A stretch of DNA of 63,156 nt, filler included. It is 6 parts of 6 records of this genome, joined end to end, with 100 filler letters (N's around TTAATTAATTAA, not from the genome) between each part and the next. Parts side by side here need not be neighbours in the genome. Positions count along the whole stretch, not along the records: positions 55,755 to 63,156 come from SRR31147125_15343; 5 more parts are not named here. One strand, 5' to 3'. This document shows positions 62,608 to 63,156 of this stretch, in pieces. The notes under the pieces were generated by a model, which was given only the letters and a program-made list of their open reading frames with translations, ran no database searches and was not told where the DNA came from. How positions within the stretch are numbered: the stretch's first letter is position 1; each line of letters starts with the position of its first letter. Position numbers and translations under genes: made by a program.

Positions 62608-63037
62608 ATGAATTTAATCAGGAAAATCTCTTTAATATTGCTTATTGCGTTTATTATATGTGGGACTTTAGGCTGCATGACTCAGATTGGAACCCATACC
62701 TACAGTTCTGACTCCCTTCCCAAGTTACAGGCTATGCAAAATATCCAGGCATTTTATCTGCTGACTGACAAACACCATCAAAGTCTTGAAATAATAGCCT
62801 CCTACCTTGAGTCGGCACAACAGAATTATCAATCCATAGTGGTGGCAGCCGAATTTGCCGCAACCCGGGAAGCAATACTCAGGCTTTTTAGAAATAGCCT
62901 ATTATGCTTCTATATCACCTGAAATGGATGCTGAGTTCATAAAACTTCTCAGGCAAGCAGCAGCCAGTAGTTCCAATACCAGTGTGTATATTGAACAGGC
63001 CAGACAACTTGCTCTGAAGGCAAAGGATAACCATTGA
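62608..63037 (+). CDS. Hypothetical lipoprotein with short helical repeats, frameshifted near 62865
   Basis: AGGA RBS; TLGC lipobox; two overlapping ORFs with the same repeat character. Confidence 0.6.
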
Positions 63038-63156
63038 TTAGGGATGTATTATATGGATTTCACAGTGTCAGAATGAAAAATATTTTGATCGTACTGGAAT
63101 AATGTATACTTCTGCAGGTTGAAAATTATATGAACTGATCGAAAGAGTGTGGGAAG

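Noticed and set aside
59835-63156. Run of small accessory genes as an integron cassette array
   Set aside because: Mixed orientations, no RYYYAAC...GTTRRRY attC pairs found and no integrase.

Overview
The window is not one locus. It is six unrelated contigs joined by 100-nt N spacers that carry a TTAATTAATTAA linker. (1) 1-28948: very AT-rich, standard genetic code, Acholeplasmatales/Izemoplasmatales-like by inference. It holds ilvE, glnA, a TetR-regulated ABC-2 exporter, potABCD, a Cache-GGDEF protein, nusB-xseAB-dxs-tlyA-recN, dinB, ispH, a DEAD-box helicase, nfo, glgA and purAB. (2) 29049-35994: deltaproteobacterium-like, with TPR/TatD/radical-SAM, a large S8 protease lipoprotein and a Bro-N gene, separated by mosaics of short palindromic REP-like elements. 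(3) 36095-42018: rpsB tail, tsf, pyrH, frr, uppS, cdsA, dxr, rseP, again Acholeplasma-like. (4) 42119-47346: Desulfobacteraceae-like pseudaminic-acid (nonulosonate) cluster. (5) 47447-55654: Desulfobacteraceae-like panC, mobB, NCS2 permease, aroK, an HTH-PBP regulator and nrdG/nrdD. (6) 55755-63156: typA, GNAT, a flavodoxin-like pair, PEBP and small proteins. Many conserved genes are broken at homopolymers, which points to sequencing error. The most unusual signal is in contig 2. Two intergenic clusters are built from the same four hairpin families in shuffled order. The genes ending just upstream of each cluster have nearly all terminal codons ending in A or C (38 in a row; 47 of 49). A 27-bp inverted repeat and a 99-nt G-free tract lie nearby. 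Together these suggest a hairpin-marked insertion hotspot with a strand-specific mutational footprint. All taxonomy is inferred from composition and gene content; no searches were run.
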